Part shown: piece after piece, positions 9,080 through 19,958 of the stretch
Numbering within the stretch: the first letter of the stretch is position 1
Layout of the letters: every line of letters starts with the position of its first letter
DNA from: Sarea resinae
Lineage: Eukaryota
Direction: 5' to 3'
Length of the DNA: 20,000 nucleotides
NCBI GenBank assembly: GCA_026026165.1
Contig: JAPEUD010000051.1
Coordinates: 169,006-189,005 of the forward strand
Position numbers and translations under genes: made by a program
The notes under the pieces: generated by a model
Told to the model about the DNA's origin: nothing
Databases searched by the model: none
Seen by the model: the letters and a program-made list of their open reading frames with translations, nothing else

Positions 9080-10615
9080 GGTACCTACCCTTACCTACCT
9101 TACCTTGCCTGTCTACCTCCTACCTCCCTGACCTTGAAACTACCCACTGCCCTGTGTACTGTGATCTACGAGAATTACGTATGGCTTGGTTGGCCATTAG
9201 CTTGCGAATCGATGTATATTGCAGTCCTTCTCATCCTAAAGGAGGACCCATCCATCTACTAAAGCCATCCTACCTCACTAGCCCTGCTTGACGCTTGACG
9301 TGGGAGGAATTTGATGCATACCTTACCGTGCCCAGCACCTTCCCAGGATCATCATTCTGTTGCTTGGGCGCTACCTAGGTAGGTCGATAGCAAGACGGGC
9401 CTAATTGCCCAGTTTGCGAAACTTGGTGCTCGCATCGAACAATGAATGACGTTGACGAAGGTGACGTTCAGACGTCGTTTCTCGTTTCCCAACAGCGCCG
9501 GCCCAGAACGCAAGAATCAGCGCGGGCTGGGGAAGTCGACTAGGGACACGTATTCGGTTAAGCGTCGTGGTGATGATCCTCGATCAGCGTCGATGATTGG
9601 CGATCGGCAAGATGCCGATTCGAATCAAGAGCCATATTAGGGGCAATTTCTGGTCGAAGTGGCAGGGGCCAGTTCAGGCAATCCACAAACCCCATATACA
9701 TGTCCCATACTGACTTCCACACATAGTAGGGTACCTAGATCGTAGTATACCTCGTAGTGCGGCTTCGATCCCTGATCTCTTTCGTCGCGTAAAATCTTGG
9801 TTTGAGCCAACCCCCTCAAGTAGCCAAAGTCGTTCAAGCGGCCGGCATAGTGGGATGATCGAGGCCATTTCTTCTCCACGACGGTACGGAACGAGATGGC
9901 GAGACGTCAAGTACATATTAAGTACAGGCTTCGTCAAAGCACCTTATTTAAGTGATCTGCACAAGTGCCGTAGCAGTGACGATAGTATCGTATTTAAAGG
10001 CTCGGACCTTTGACCCGCCTCAAATCAAATCAGTGTGAGTACCTACCTACCTACATGGCCTGGGCTACCTTGGGCACCTGAGGTTGGAGGCCGATAGACA
10101 ACTTCATACTTTTAGTATCGCAGCGCAGTCCCTATCACAAGCCAGCCATGTAGGTAGGTAAGGTACCTTAGGTAGTAGGCCTAGAGGCTGCTGGCTGCGT
10201 CGGATACTTCCAGGAAACTCTCTGTCATTGATTGGTTCTGTCTGTGGCGGTGGCTCATTTTCTTATTGAATTCTGCATCTGCACTTTCAGAGCAACAGTA
10301 GTACAAAAAGTACTTCCCCAGCATTGTCAAAGACGCCACGTCTCAGTCCATGAAACTTGGGCAAGCAAATTGCGTTAGTGATTGTGTCAAAATTCTGTCG
10401 CACGTGTCGGTGAATTAGGTACGCCCGTACCTTAGTCACTGTAACCTTCACTCTAGACCCGGGACAGCCTCAGGGCAATCACCTCAATCATTTCAAGGGA
10501 ACTTCAACCGCCACCACTGAGGATTTGCCTGTTGGGATGGTCATAGCCCGAGGGTAATTCCAACTTCCATTCCAAGGATTCTGACACCTTGAACGGGATG
10601 ATTAGGTACCTAAGT
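9080..10615. repeat. Dispersed (TACC)n/(GGTA)n simple repeats and 12-bp palindromes in the long divergent intergenic region
   Basis: tacctacccttacctaccttacc (~9082-9105), CTACCTAGGTAG (9371-9382), tacctacctacctac (~10040-10054), gtaggtaggtaaggtaccttaggtag (10150-10175), TTAGGTACCTAA (10602-10613). Confidence 0.65.
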
Positions 10616-10849
10616 CTGTCAGTTCCTTCCAATCAAGGTAACTACGACGTATGAGGTTAGTATCATACCTAATTCGCCTACCTTGACTGTATCTCGGCCC
10701 CGGGGCCGTCATCAGCTTGCCGAACTGGGAGCTAAAGGTCGACTTTGAGCTCGTCCTGAGCTCACTTGAGCCTCATCAATATATCGTCGCATTTTACTTG
10801 TGAAAGCCCGATCTAGGAGGTAGGCCACGGCCGGGATTGATACTTGAAA

Positions 10850-13266
10850 ATGCCCCTCACTCAGCCCAGACGAAGTGGTCGCAGCAGACAAGCACGTTTA
10901 TCTTTCGCACCTGTCGTTTCCTCTCCAATATCTCAGCCTTCAGACCAATCGAAAGAGCCCGATACATCTCGGAACGAGGCTCTATGGTCTCCTTCTCGCA
11001 AATCAAAAAAAGTGCAAAGTAAATTGGAATTCCTTACGGGTGGGTCGACTGCGAATAAAGTCCCGCGGACAGCATCGGATGGTGGTTCGAATTTCGCTGA
11101 GACCCAAAACACACCTGCCTTAAAGACGGCCAGGCATGAAACGGACCGTCGTGGCCCTTTCCCAACACCTTTACAGTCCTCACAGCAAATTGATCCTGGC
11201 AATTGGACCAGTAGGTTCCTCTCTCCCGTAGATTCCTCCAGAATTTCTCAGCTTACTCGTTGGGTAGGATCTTCCCCTCCGAGCTATAGAGTCTCGAGCG
11301 ACAGCGATAGCGACAGTGATGTTCAAATGATACATACCTCAAGGCGCTCCTCATCACCACCAAGTCGAATCTCCCGCATCATTAGGCAAAATCGGTCTAG
11401 TAAGAACCGCACGATTGCTAAGAAAAATTCTTACGGTCTAGAGCACATTTCTTCAAGCAGTCCATCCTCAGATAAAACCAACAAATCTAGTGATAGCCCT
11501 CCAGTTCGATCCAAAAAGTCTAAGGTAGCTGCTGCAGATGACAGGGCCACTTCTTATCACAGTCCAGGCATTGCCAACGGTTTCAAATCGATCGGCGACA
11601 CCGCATCTGGCAGTCCAGACGTCGTTCCGAATATGGTCAATGATCCGTTCGGCTCCTCCCATGACTCCAGCACCAGCTCCAGTCCTCCCTTAATCACTCG
11701 ATCTCGTAGGGTTTTGAAACGCAGGGCGGACATTCTAGACGATGACAGCGATGACATAATAACGTCTCCGGCTGAGCGGGGCCGACGGCGTGCTACGATG
11801 CAAAATGAGCACGACCGAAATGGAGATTACAATGCCTCACCGCGCAAAAGACGATTGTTTTCTAGCGCGGTAAATATCAAGCAGCACGGTCAGCCGCGCG
11901 AAACGCTCAGGCGATTTGCTAGCAGTCAAGATCTAGAAGACTTGGAGGAAGACCTAGACGCGCTTCCTAAATCGGGTAAGAAATTAGCTGAACTCTACAC
12001 TATATTCATTACCTAGGTAGACACAGGACTCACGATATGGACTGCATAGGCATTTTAGACTCTCGTACTCGTGGAAAGAATGCCCCTTTATCTAACAAAA
12101 AAAGCAAAATGCAAAAGCAACTTGAGAGGCTCAAACTTCGCCGTGCAGGTCAACTAAGCAGATCATCATCCTCATCCGAGAGAGATGCGGAAACCGGGGC
12201 TAGTCGTGGGATATATGATACTGAATCGGATGATGAGCTTCGACTGACGGGTTCACTCTCCGATGATGACCAAAAGGGAAACGAAATAACCGAAACTACA
12301 GTCCGGCCAGCATCGCTCGACGTCAATGGCGACTGGGATGATGATTTCGTGGTTGACGATGAAGACATCCTTGGAGTTCCACCAGACCAAACTGCCGCTG
12401 TCTTGAGCATACCTATTGAATTTACTAGGCATGCAAATAAACGGCCAAAGGAGTACTTCAGAGATGCTGTTGAATGGATGGTTCATAACAAGCTCGATCC
12501 CGCTTTTGATAGACACGATGATCTATACAAGATGGCATTCAGAAGACTGGAGGACCAAGTTAAAGGATATGCTTCGTCTAAATTCATGTCCACTAAATGG
12601 AGCAGCGCCTTTACACGTGCCATCAAGTCTAGACCAATATTCTCTGCCGTGGAGAATATCCAACTCGATCACAACTGTGATGCATGCAATCTGAGTGGCC
12701 ATCCGGCAAGCTGGCAGGTTCAGCTCGATGGGAAACCATATCATTGTGATTCACTCGATGAAGTTACTGATTCCGAAGGTTCGGCTAGCGAAGATGATGA
12801 AAGGAAAAGCTTCAACAGTCAAGGTCTTAGTCTGCCTGATACTGATGTGGAATGGTTCCTAGGAAGGTATGATCCTCAGACCACAGAATTCTGAGAATTG
12901 AATGTATGCAGACTAAACATGCTTAGTTCCTGCAAGCACAATGCCGAGATGGCTCATGCGCTCACACACTGGCGATATCACCTGAATGATTGGGTCGTAG
13001 ATTATTTGAAGGAAAGAGGCTATACGACTAGGGACGGCATTCTTGAGCGGGAAAATTGGAGCCGCCGGAAGAGATCGCAGTATGCCGACGATGTGGTAGA
13101 CGCGATGGAGCAGGACGGGGAGATTCGCGCACTATTCAGAGACTTCGAAATCAACCTCGACGCCGCTCGCGATTCTAAGGTTTGTACAACACTATGCTCC
13201 AACGAATCTCCTTGATGACTGCCACTTACGTGAATTATATAGCCGTCCCGTTTTAGGAGAAGGTGA
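10850..13266 (+). CDS. DUF4211-domain (CCDC82-like) protein with a long Ser/Arg/acidic disordered N-terminus; exons 10850-11975, 12050-12866, 12927-13179, 13243-13266 (possible extra in-frame intron 11211-11267); ~720-739 aa
   Basis: ILDSRTRG..DDDFVVDDED..IPIEFTRHA..YFRDAVEWMVHNKLDPAF..SSKFMSTKWSSAFTRAIKSRP..CDACNLSGHPA..GKPY..FLGSSCKHNAEMAHALTHWRYHLNDWV. Introns 11976-12049, 12867-12926 and 13180-13242 are GT-AG with correct phases. Confidence 0.8.
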
Positions 13267-14092
13267 GCTGCAGCTCTGCTAACAACACTGTGTTGTGAGG
13301 TCATCATCAAGGAGTCCAACTCAGTAAAATGCTCATGAGCAAAGGCGTCGATCGCACTCGAACAGGACGAAAATCGTAGGAATCATTGAGAGGCTCTTTC
13401 AGGCTTGGATGGATGAAGTGCTAGGGGCAATCATCGTCCCAGCACTTTTGCCCAGTCATCGAAAGGCCATCGTCGGATATTAAGATCCGAGAGGAGCACC
13501 GATTGGATATGAAATGGTATTCATGAGGGCAAATTATACTGTCAGTTGAGGGGTGCTACTTGGCCTGTCACATAATTGTTTCTCCATTCTACTCTACCGT
13601 GACCGCCTTAAAGCCTTCCCTCGATCATCGTCTTCACCAAGTAGGTATATTTAGATCACTTTAGATAAAAAGAAAAGAGTGAAAGCATCGAGGACATGAT
13701 TCTGGTCGATAAAAGGGAATGCTAACCCAATCGGAGTTTAGCCAGATCCGCTCTAGTTCGCTCGGCCTCTCGGTTGTGAGCTATTCCGGGCGGATAGCTT
13801 CCATTGGAGTCATCACGATAAGGTCACTCACATCACTAGCAGCACTGTGGCACTAAAACCACGAGCTTACGTATCACCACCGCCCGCCGCTGGACTGTTC
13901 CACCTGCCTCCAGACGTGCACCTCGAATGTAATAACAATGGCTACTATTCCACTTTCCCCCAGGGACCGTATGTGCCCAAGGGACAAGGATCGCAATATC
14001 TTCTAGCCCTTTCATTATTGCTCATGTCTCGTCGATTCTTAATGGCTACGAAGAGGTCTTGAGAGAAGCCTATTTATCTATCCGGGCACACA

Positions 14093-15604
14093 ATGAACGT
14101 TGTCTGCATTTCGGCCTCTCGGCCAGGGCCGATCAGAGCGGTGCTGTTTTCGCTAGGAACTGTATTGATCTTCTTGGTCACCTATGTTTACTGGCAGCCT
14201 CCTAATATTGCTCTACCCTCCGAGGGCAATATCGACGACAAAAGCCTCGTAGAGCGACAGATTCAATTCTGGAAGGCTCTTCATCCACTTCTAGAGTTGC
14301 ACTCACCTGCCTGCGCAACACCTCGGCGTCAAGGCAGCTCTGGGGCAATAGGATTCAATGCGATTGACGGCTCAGCCAGACCAGACGTCATTTCCATGCC
14401 AGTCGAAGATATGCGGAAAATGCAGCAAGCTCACACCACGTTTCTCGAAGACATCAGGAACTCTAGCGCCCTAAAGTCTGTCCACAACCCTAACACAAGA
14501 GGTCTCGTATCTACAGCAGGAGGGTCATATCTCCCTGTCTTTGTCATATCACTGCGAATGCTACGCCGCACGGGGTCAACTCTTCCCGTCGAGGTGTTCC
14601 TAAAGGGCCCGGATGAATATGAGCGCAGCATATGCGAAGGTGTCCTGCCTTCTATGGATGCTCGATGCATTGTTTTGTCCGACATCCTTGGCGTTGTCGA
14701 TTCCGAGGTTGAGATTGCACACTATCAGTTAAAGATATTTGCTATACTGTTTTCTTCATTTGAGGACGTCATCTGGCTCGATGCTGATTGTTTTCCGCTG
14801 TACAAGCCGGAGCTGCTGTTTAATTCCGATCCCTTCAAATCAAGAGGGATGATAACTTGGCCGGACTACTGGGCGTCGACTGCATCCCCTCTATACTATA
14901 ATATTTCATCCCAGTCCGTTCCGCCTATGACTCTCCGTGCGTCATCCGAAACGGGGGAGATCATGATCTCAAAGAAGAACCATCAATTGACTATGCTGCT
15001 CTCGGCCTATTATAATTACTATGGACCCTCTCATTACTTCATGCTCCTCTCACAAGGTGCTCCCGGTGAAGGTGATAAGGAAACATTCATCCAAGCAGCC
15101 TCTGCGGTAGATGAGCCATTCTACACAACAAGTGAAAGAGTCGCTCCTATAGGCCATCCAAAACCGGAGGGTGGTCTATCCGGCTCTGCCATGGTCCAGT
15201 CCGACCCTATCGAGGATTACCTACTCACTAGTCACGATATGTGGCGTGTCAGAAACGAATCGGTAGCAAAGGCCCCACGTGCATTCTTCATCCATGCGCA
15301 TTATCCAAAATTCAATCCAGCCACTGTTTTCGGTTACAGCTGGGAGACAACCCCAACTGTTAAGCCTGACGGAGGTGACGGAAGAGCATGGATAGTTCCT
15401 GAAGGGACTATCAAGCGGTTTGGGTACGACGTTGAGGACTATTACTGGAAAGAAATTGAATGGGTCAGCTGTCACCTTGAAGACAAATTTCGCTCTTGGG
15501 AAGGTCGAGAGGGCATATGCCTTAGAGTACAGAGCTACCGAGACAATGTATTCAATTATCCGGAAAGCAATGATCTGCTTGGTATAGATTTTGAAGAGGG
15601 GTAA
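14093..15604 (+). CDS. Alpha-1,2-mannosyltransferase, glycosyltransferase family 71 (MNN2/MNN5-like), type II Golgi membrane protein, 503 aa, intronless
   Basis: N-terminal TM helix (AVLFSLGTVLIFLVTYVYW), RGLVSTAGGSY, SLRMLRRTGSTLPVEVF, YQLKIFAILFSSFEDVIWLDAD (DxD), WPDYW, SETGEIMISK, SQGAPGEGDKETF. Confidence 0.92.
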   Translation: MNVVCISASRPGPIRAVLFSLGTVLIFLVTYVYWQPPNIALPSEGNIDDKSLVERQIQFWKALHPLLELHSPACATPRRQGSSGAIGFNAIDGSARPDVISMPVEDMRKMQQAHTTFLEDIRNSSALKSVHNPNTRGLVSTAGGSYLPVFVISLRMLRRTGSTLPVEVFLKGPDEYERSICEGVLPSMDARCIVLSDILGVVDSEVEIAHYQLKIFAILFSSFEDVIWLDADCFPLYKPELLFNSDPFKSRGMITWPDYWASTASPLYYNISSQSVPPMTLRASSETGEIMISKKNHQLTMLLSAYYNYYGPSHYFMLLSQGAPGEGDKETFIQAASAVDEPFYTTSERVAPIGHPKPEGGLSGSAMVQSDPIEDYLLTSHDMWRVRNESVAKAPRAFFIHAHYPKFNPATVFGYSWETTPTVKPDGGDGRAWIVPEGTIKRFGYDVEDYYWKEIEWVSCHLEDKFRSWEGREGICLRVQSYRDNVFNYPESNDLLGIDFEEG

Positions 15605-15779
15605 GAGGGGTCTTGACCGACGTTCGCGGCGCTTTAGGCGTGTGGAAAATTGTATGTAAATCGTGGAGTTGGGGAGTAAAGCGGTCGCAAGGCCAGTCAT
15701 TTTTGAGCGTTTCGTTTATACCGGCCTTGTGCAATGTATGACCAAGTCTTCCAGGATCCGATCAACAATTGCAGGGTCG

Positions 15780-16554
15780 TCTTCGACGCCAGCTTTCCGC
15801 GACATAGTCCTCAAGCAGGAGATTCTACCTAAGCTATAAGCACGGACAGGTGTCTCTATGTCTGCGTCAAAAGACTAGCTCGTTGTATTTCTTGTATATC
15901 TAATAAGTGCTAACTATCATTGTATATCTGATGCTTAAATTAGCAGTTTTACTCACAACCTTGACAATTTTTATCCTATATCAAAGTCTAAGATCAACGT
16001 TATCTCAAATTAATTCATCTACAGAACATATTCTAAAACTATAATAGATTTACTCAATCAAGCCTTTGCCTGCTTTAAGATAGGATGTTTAGGTATCTGC
16101 AGCATCTTATAGCTAAAAGTCGACTTGCAAAGGCCCGAGGCCTCTACAGTTCTGTGCACCTACTCTCTATCACTTATACCTCATACATTAAAAGTATTGG
16201 TTTCTAACTACACCTCAAAGCTGCAACCATCTGCAGTCATAATCTATTGGTAGTGAAATAATCTTCTGCAATTTTATACAACTACTAAAACACTAGCATT
16301 GCGGCCCAACTATAGTTTCTCTATTGTTTTCCTGTGAGAGGCGCTGCGCTATATAGTAGGCAAATAGGCATAAGCCAGACGAGCCGGGTTTTAGTAGTCT
16401 TTTTGGATGGCAGATGTAGGAACAGATTTGCCTATTTACTGTACATTACATTTCTCGTGATAGACTTGATTACTTCAGGACCATTGGCACTATTAAGCGA
16501 CAGCATACTACCCCGCTCTTATCGTAACAATGGCCAAGAGTTGTAAAAATCGTA
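15780..16554 (-). pseudogene. TpA-rich, RIP-like degenerate coding relic of unknown identity
   Basis: AT/TpA-rich, CpA-poor stretch. The minus-strand frame following the NACHT fragment stays protein-like with scattered TAA/TAG/TGA, compatible with C-to-T changes of CAA/CAG/CGA. No family recognised. Confidence 0.4.
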
Positions 16555-18377
16555 TTAGAAGACCGTAAGGATGATGCTCCTAAGAATCATCATGCCATCT
16601 CTTTGCGTGCCAATCTTCTCATCGCAAAAGAAGTAGCATAGTGTCGTACGCAAGCCTGGAGAAGATCTAGCGGCGTTGAGATGTTCTGAAAGGAAGGCTG
16701 AGAGAATCGTTTTCCCGCTCCCAGGATATCCACTCACCCATAGGAGGCACGTCTCTTCCTGCAAGCACCAATCACGATACTGCGAATTAGACAAAATCCA
16801 CTGACAAGTACCATCGACGCGGCTGGGAAGCGAAGACATGTACTCTGCGGCGTTTGGCGTGTTCTGAGTTAGGAGAGCGACGCATGTTCTCTCCACATCG
16901 TTCATGGCTCATATCTTCGTTCAGCTGCTTTGCACACGGCTTGGATACTAAGAGCTAAGGTACATACAGTAAGCTGCAGAAGCAGTCGTCATTTGACTTG
17001 GGGAGCTAGTTGTCGAGCTGGCCAGTCGTCTTCCCAATTTAAGTGCCTCATGATGATTTCCCTTTCGTACCTTGGCTATAAGGAGTTGAATCTCCCCCAA
17101 GATTTGCTTGTATCCTTCATCATCTCTGCTTGAAAATCGGCACATCGACATGTGATTGGCGTTGATGGTTTGGGTTGCCTCAGTGCTAGAGATCGAAGAC
17201 GAGAAAGGCTCCACGACCTGAAAAGCCACAGTTGATTTTCAGCGACAATCGAGGCAGTACGTTGTAAGAACTGACCCTTTCATTCAGTCTGAGATAACTT
17301 ATCCCGGCTACACCCTTGGCTTCTTGGAACGTCAGAACCTGAAAATGACGATCCTTATGATCATAAAGTTTCATGAAACCCTCATGTATAAACTCGAGTT
17401 CAGTACTGTTGACCTTGAGCGTCCGGATATTTCGATCTGTAGTATCGAATCCTGATACCGAAACAATTTTTCTAATTCTTTCAGCAATTTCAGATTTATT
17501 ACTCCCTCGATGGGGAGTTCCAAGAAAGAGTATCGCCTCAGTGGACTTATAGATGTCTGTTAATTCGGGTCCGGATTCGGTGGCAGCGCGGCGAAGGACC
17601 TGTATAGCTATACATCAATCATACACACATGAGTTGGCAAGTTCTGCCTCGTCTTGAAGCGCTTACATCCTTGACGATGATACCTTATAACATGTCAGTC
17701 TATACAGCTATCCTGCATGGCCTGTGAGAGGACTTACCACCAAAGGAGTGTGCTACAAATATGAGGCTCCTTCCTTGCTGTGAGATACTTTAGCAAGAAA
17801 TCATAGATAGGGTTCGATAGACCCACGCAGTTCAATCTGAAGGTCTTTAGCGCATGCATTAGATTTCTAGCATGCGCAGTTATATTGTCTTGATTTGTGG
17901 GCCCACTGAAAAAGTGGGAGACCATTGAATCATAGCCCCATGTGAGAATCCGTGCTTCCATGCAATCCTCAGAAAGCAGATCAAGTGGCCAGAAGACCTC
18001 ATGCGCTTCAACCTCGTCTGGATTTTTGGGGCTTGTCCTTTGCTTACGCAAGAAAAGGTTCTTGATTCCTCGATGTGAGCTCCTACTTACAACCCTCGAA
18101 CCTTCTGTTTACAATTTGAGATTTTCTTTGAAAGTCCAAGTTTTTCGAGGATGGCCTTGCAAGCCGTGAACGAAAACAATACTGCAAGCGTGATCAGAGT
18201 GTTGTTGTGGCTTTCGTGGAAGGTGGGTTTACTCTGTAATGGCGTCTTCTGGATCGTGGAGGACAGAAAACCCTATATCATTGATTCTAGGCTTCTGCTT
18301 CGATAACAGAGAATCCTGCCGCGGTCTCTGTATTAGCCCTTTGCTTCGTACGCTCAGGGGGCATCATCACAAACCAT
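16555..18377 (-). pseudogene. Fungal NLR-like gene: N-terminal SesB-like alpha/beta-hydrolase (lipase) domain + NACHT NTPase, disrupted and truncated
   Basis: Exons approx. 18377-18375 (ATG), 18315-18233, 18181-17827, 17777-17738, 17683-17667, 17599-17276, 17217-16968, 16907-16555. Motifs DIVFVHGLQGHPRKTW, FWPLDLL, ARILTWGYDS, IFVAHSFGGIIVK (nucleophile elbow), FLGTPHRGS, NANHMSMCRF, then GTCQWIL..LLWVSGYPGSGKT (Walker A)..YFFCD. In-frame TAA at 18111-18109; stop at 16557-16555 comes before Walker B. The last acceptor (16908-16910) is an atypical GAG. Confidence 0.85.
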
Positions 18378-18649
18378 ATTGCTGCAACCTCACCTCAAGG
18401 CATTGTCGTCAGATACTATCGAAGAATGTAGATGATTATCAAGACGATTCGTATCGTACTCGTACCGCCCAGTGCGATTTCACCGGCCCCGAGCAATCCT
18501 GGCAAGTGGCCCTCCAATAAGCAGCGATCTGCACTGATCATCATCATAGAATCACACTGATCCGCACCATAACCAGCGATTCCGTGGAGCCCTGCTTGCC
18601 TGCCTTCCTACGAAGCCCTATACCACGAACCATCAAGGGATGCACGGAG

Positions 18650-18680
18650 GCCTGCCTGCCTGCGTGCCTGTCTGCTTGCT
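18650..18680. repeat. Degenerate (GCCT)n tetranucleotide repeat at the edge of the AT-rich block
   Basis: gcctgcctgcctgcgtgcctgtctgcttgct; a related short copy lies at ~18591-18606. Confidence 0.6.
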
Positions 18681-18844
18681 ATATTTAGCATGCCTACAGC
18701 AAGTCCTAGAACTCCTTAAAATAGTTGAGTCACGTGATTCTAGTCTTACACTGTCTATAAGTAGCTATAAATGTATTAAATAGACCACTAGATTAAATAC
18801 ATTACAGCTATTATATCTGCAATAGCTATTAGCTAATTTGCTAA

Positions 18845-19427
18845 TTAGTAGTGTTATCTATATATATAGTAATTATTATATTCTCTCTAATATAGATAGA
18901 GCTATCTGTTAGAATTGTTTTAAATTATATTTTTATAAGTAAAATCTTTAGGTAAATTTCCTATTATCTAGCAGCTTGTTTTAAGCTATATCAAGCTTTA
19001 TTTTAAAGATAAGACTTTGCTTTTTTTCTTCTATAAAACTCTCTAGCTGCTCTATATAGATAGGATTATCTAGATTAGCATTAGAAAATACAGAAGCTAT
19101 ATCCTACTAATATATTTCTAGATCTAGTTTAGTAGCTATAACTAGGAGTAGTTTTTATAGCTATAGGATTGCTAGTGTATATAAAGGTCTCTATATAGTT
19201 AACCTCTTACTTTTATAAGAAGCCTCTAGTAACCTACCTAGATTTTCTTTTATTAATTGTATTATTAAGGTTTAGCTTTGTTTTATAAACCTACTTGCTA
19301 TTAATTGTATTAGTATTATTAGGTCTAGGCACTAGCTTTAGAACTCCTAGCTCTTTTAGCTTAGTAAGCTCTTTCTACATTGATTTTAGCCACTCCTCTT
19401 TGTATAATAACTCTAGAGCTTCTCTAT
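18845..19427 (-). mobile_element. RIP-degenerated Ty1/copia reverse transcriptase fragment
   Basis: Minus-strand translation (with stops and frameshifts): REALELLYKEEWLKSM*KELTKLKELGVLKLVPRPNNTNTINSK*VYKTK..KRKSR*VTRGFL*K*EVNYIETF..LLLVIATKLDLEIY**DIASVFSNANLDNPIYIEQLESF..SLKQAAR**..IIITIYIDN. This matches the copia RT consensus (KWVFK, KARLVARGF, DY.ETF, DV..AFLN, LKQA.R.W, YVDD; YIDN at 18864-18853). Confidence 0.9.
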
Positions 19428-19958
19428 TGTTAGAATTATAACCTTAATTCTAGTCACTCTTAAGTATTAAGACTGTTATAGAATGTTATATAATAGTATA
19501 GATATATCTAGAAGCTTCTACAGACCTATAGAAGCTAATAGAACTCTATAGAACCTTATAGAAGATTCTAGAAGATTCTATAGCTATGCTGACTAAGCAT
19601 CACTACATGCTGACTAAGCATCTAGAACCTTCTAGAACTTTCTAGAATGTTCTAGAACTGTCTAGAAGTCTATAGAATCTCTTAGATATCTATAGAACTC
19701 TATAACATAAGGGTTACACAACTATCTCCTGACTTTCTTACAAAGCCTATGTCATTGTCAGCTTATTGCTTACAAATCACTCATGTAATTAGTCATCACT
19801 AGAAGTTTCTAGTAAGTTAGTTAAGTCTATATATTAACTGCCTTACACCTCTATAGCTAGAATCTCTAAGTTTAAAATACACAATCATTCTATACTATAC
19901 TTCTTTAGCACCTTCCTCTACTTATATCTTTATACTACCTTCTAACAGGTTATGAGCC
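19428..19958 (+). mobile_element. 5' LTR (19428-19947, interrupted) and primer-binding site (19948-19958) of a second copia-type element running off the window edge
   Basis: TGTTAGAA (19428-19435) and TTCTAACA (19940-19947) form a perfect 8-bp inverted terminus. It is immediately followed by GGTTATGAGCC, which resembles the GGTTATGGGCCC-type PBS of copia elements primed by an internal tRNA-iMet segment. The right end is well supported; the left boundary is inferred. Confidence 0.7.
19474..19707. mobile_element. 234-bp solo LTR-like element (gypsy-type termini) nested in the copia LTR
   Basis: TGTTATAGA (19474-19482) and TCTATAACA (19699-19707) form a 9-bp inverted repeat with TG..CA ends. 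Internally there are ~10-bp TTCTAGAA-type tandem repeats and a 16-bp direct repeat ATGCTGACTAAGCATC. No clean target-site duplication. Confidence 0.6.

Noticed and set aside
8843..9937. Short ORFs or an ncRNA/tRNA in the long intergenic region
   Set aside because: Low-complexity translations, no splice-consistent model, and no tRNA cloverleaf or convincing paired snoRNA boxes visible.
13847..14062. 71-aa ORF upstream of the mannosyltransferase
   Set aside because: GTG start and no family features. Short ATG-initiated uORFs may exist here but the transcription start is unknown.
16339..16375. Possible zinc-knuckle remnant (RRCAI**ANRH) of a DNA transposase on the + strand
   Set aside because: The second Cys position is TAG, which cannot derive from TGY by RIP transitions; no other transposase motifs.
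19500..19700. Regularly spaced TTCTAGAA repeats as a CRISPR array or heat-shock elements
   Set aside because: Eukaryotic context with no unique spacers; these are RIP-modified tandem repeats inside an LTR, and TTCTAGAA can be produced by RIP from TTCCAGAA/TTCTGGAA.
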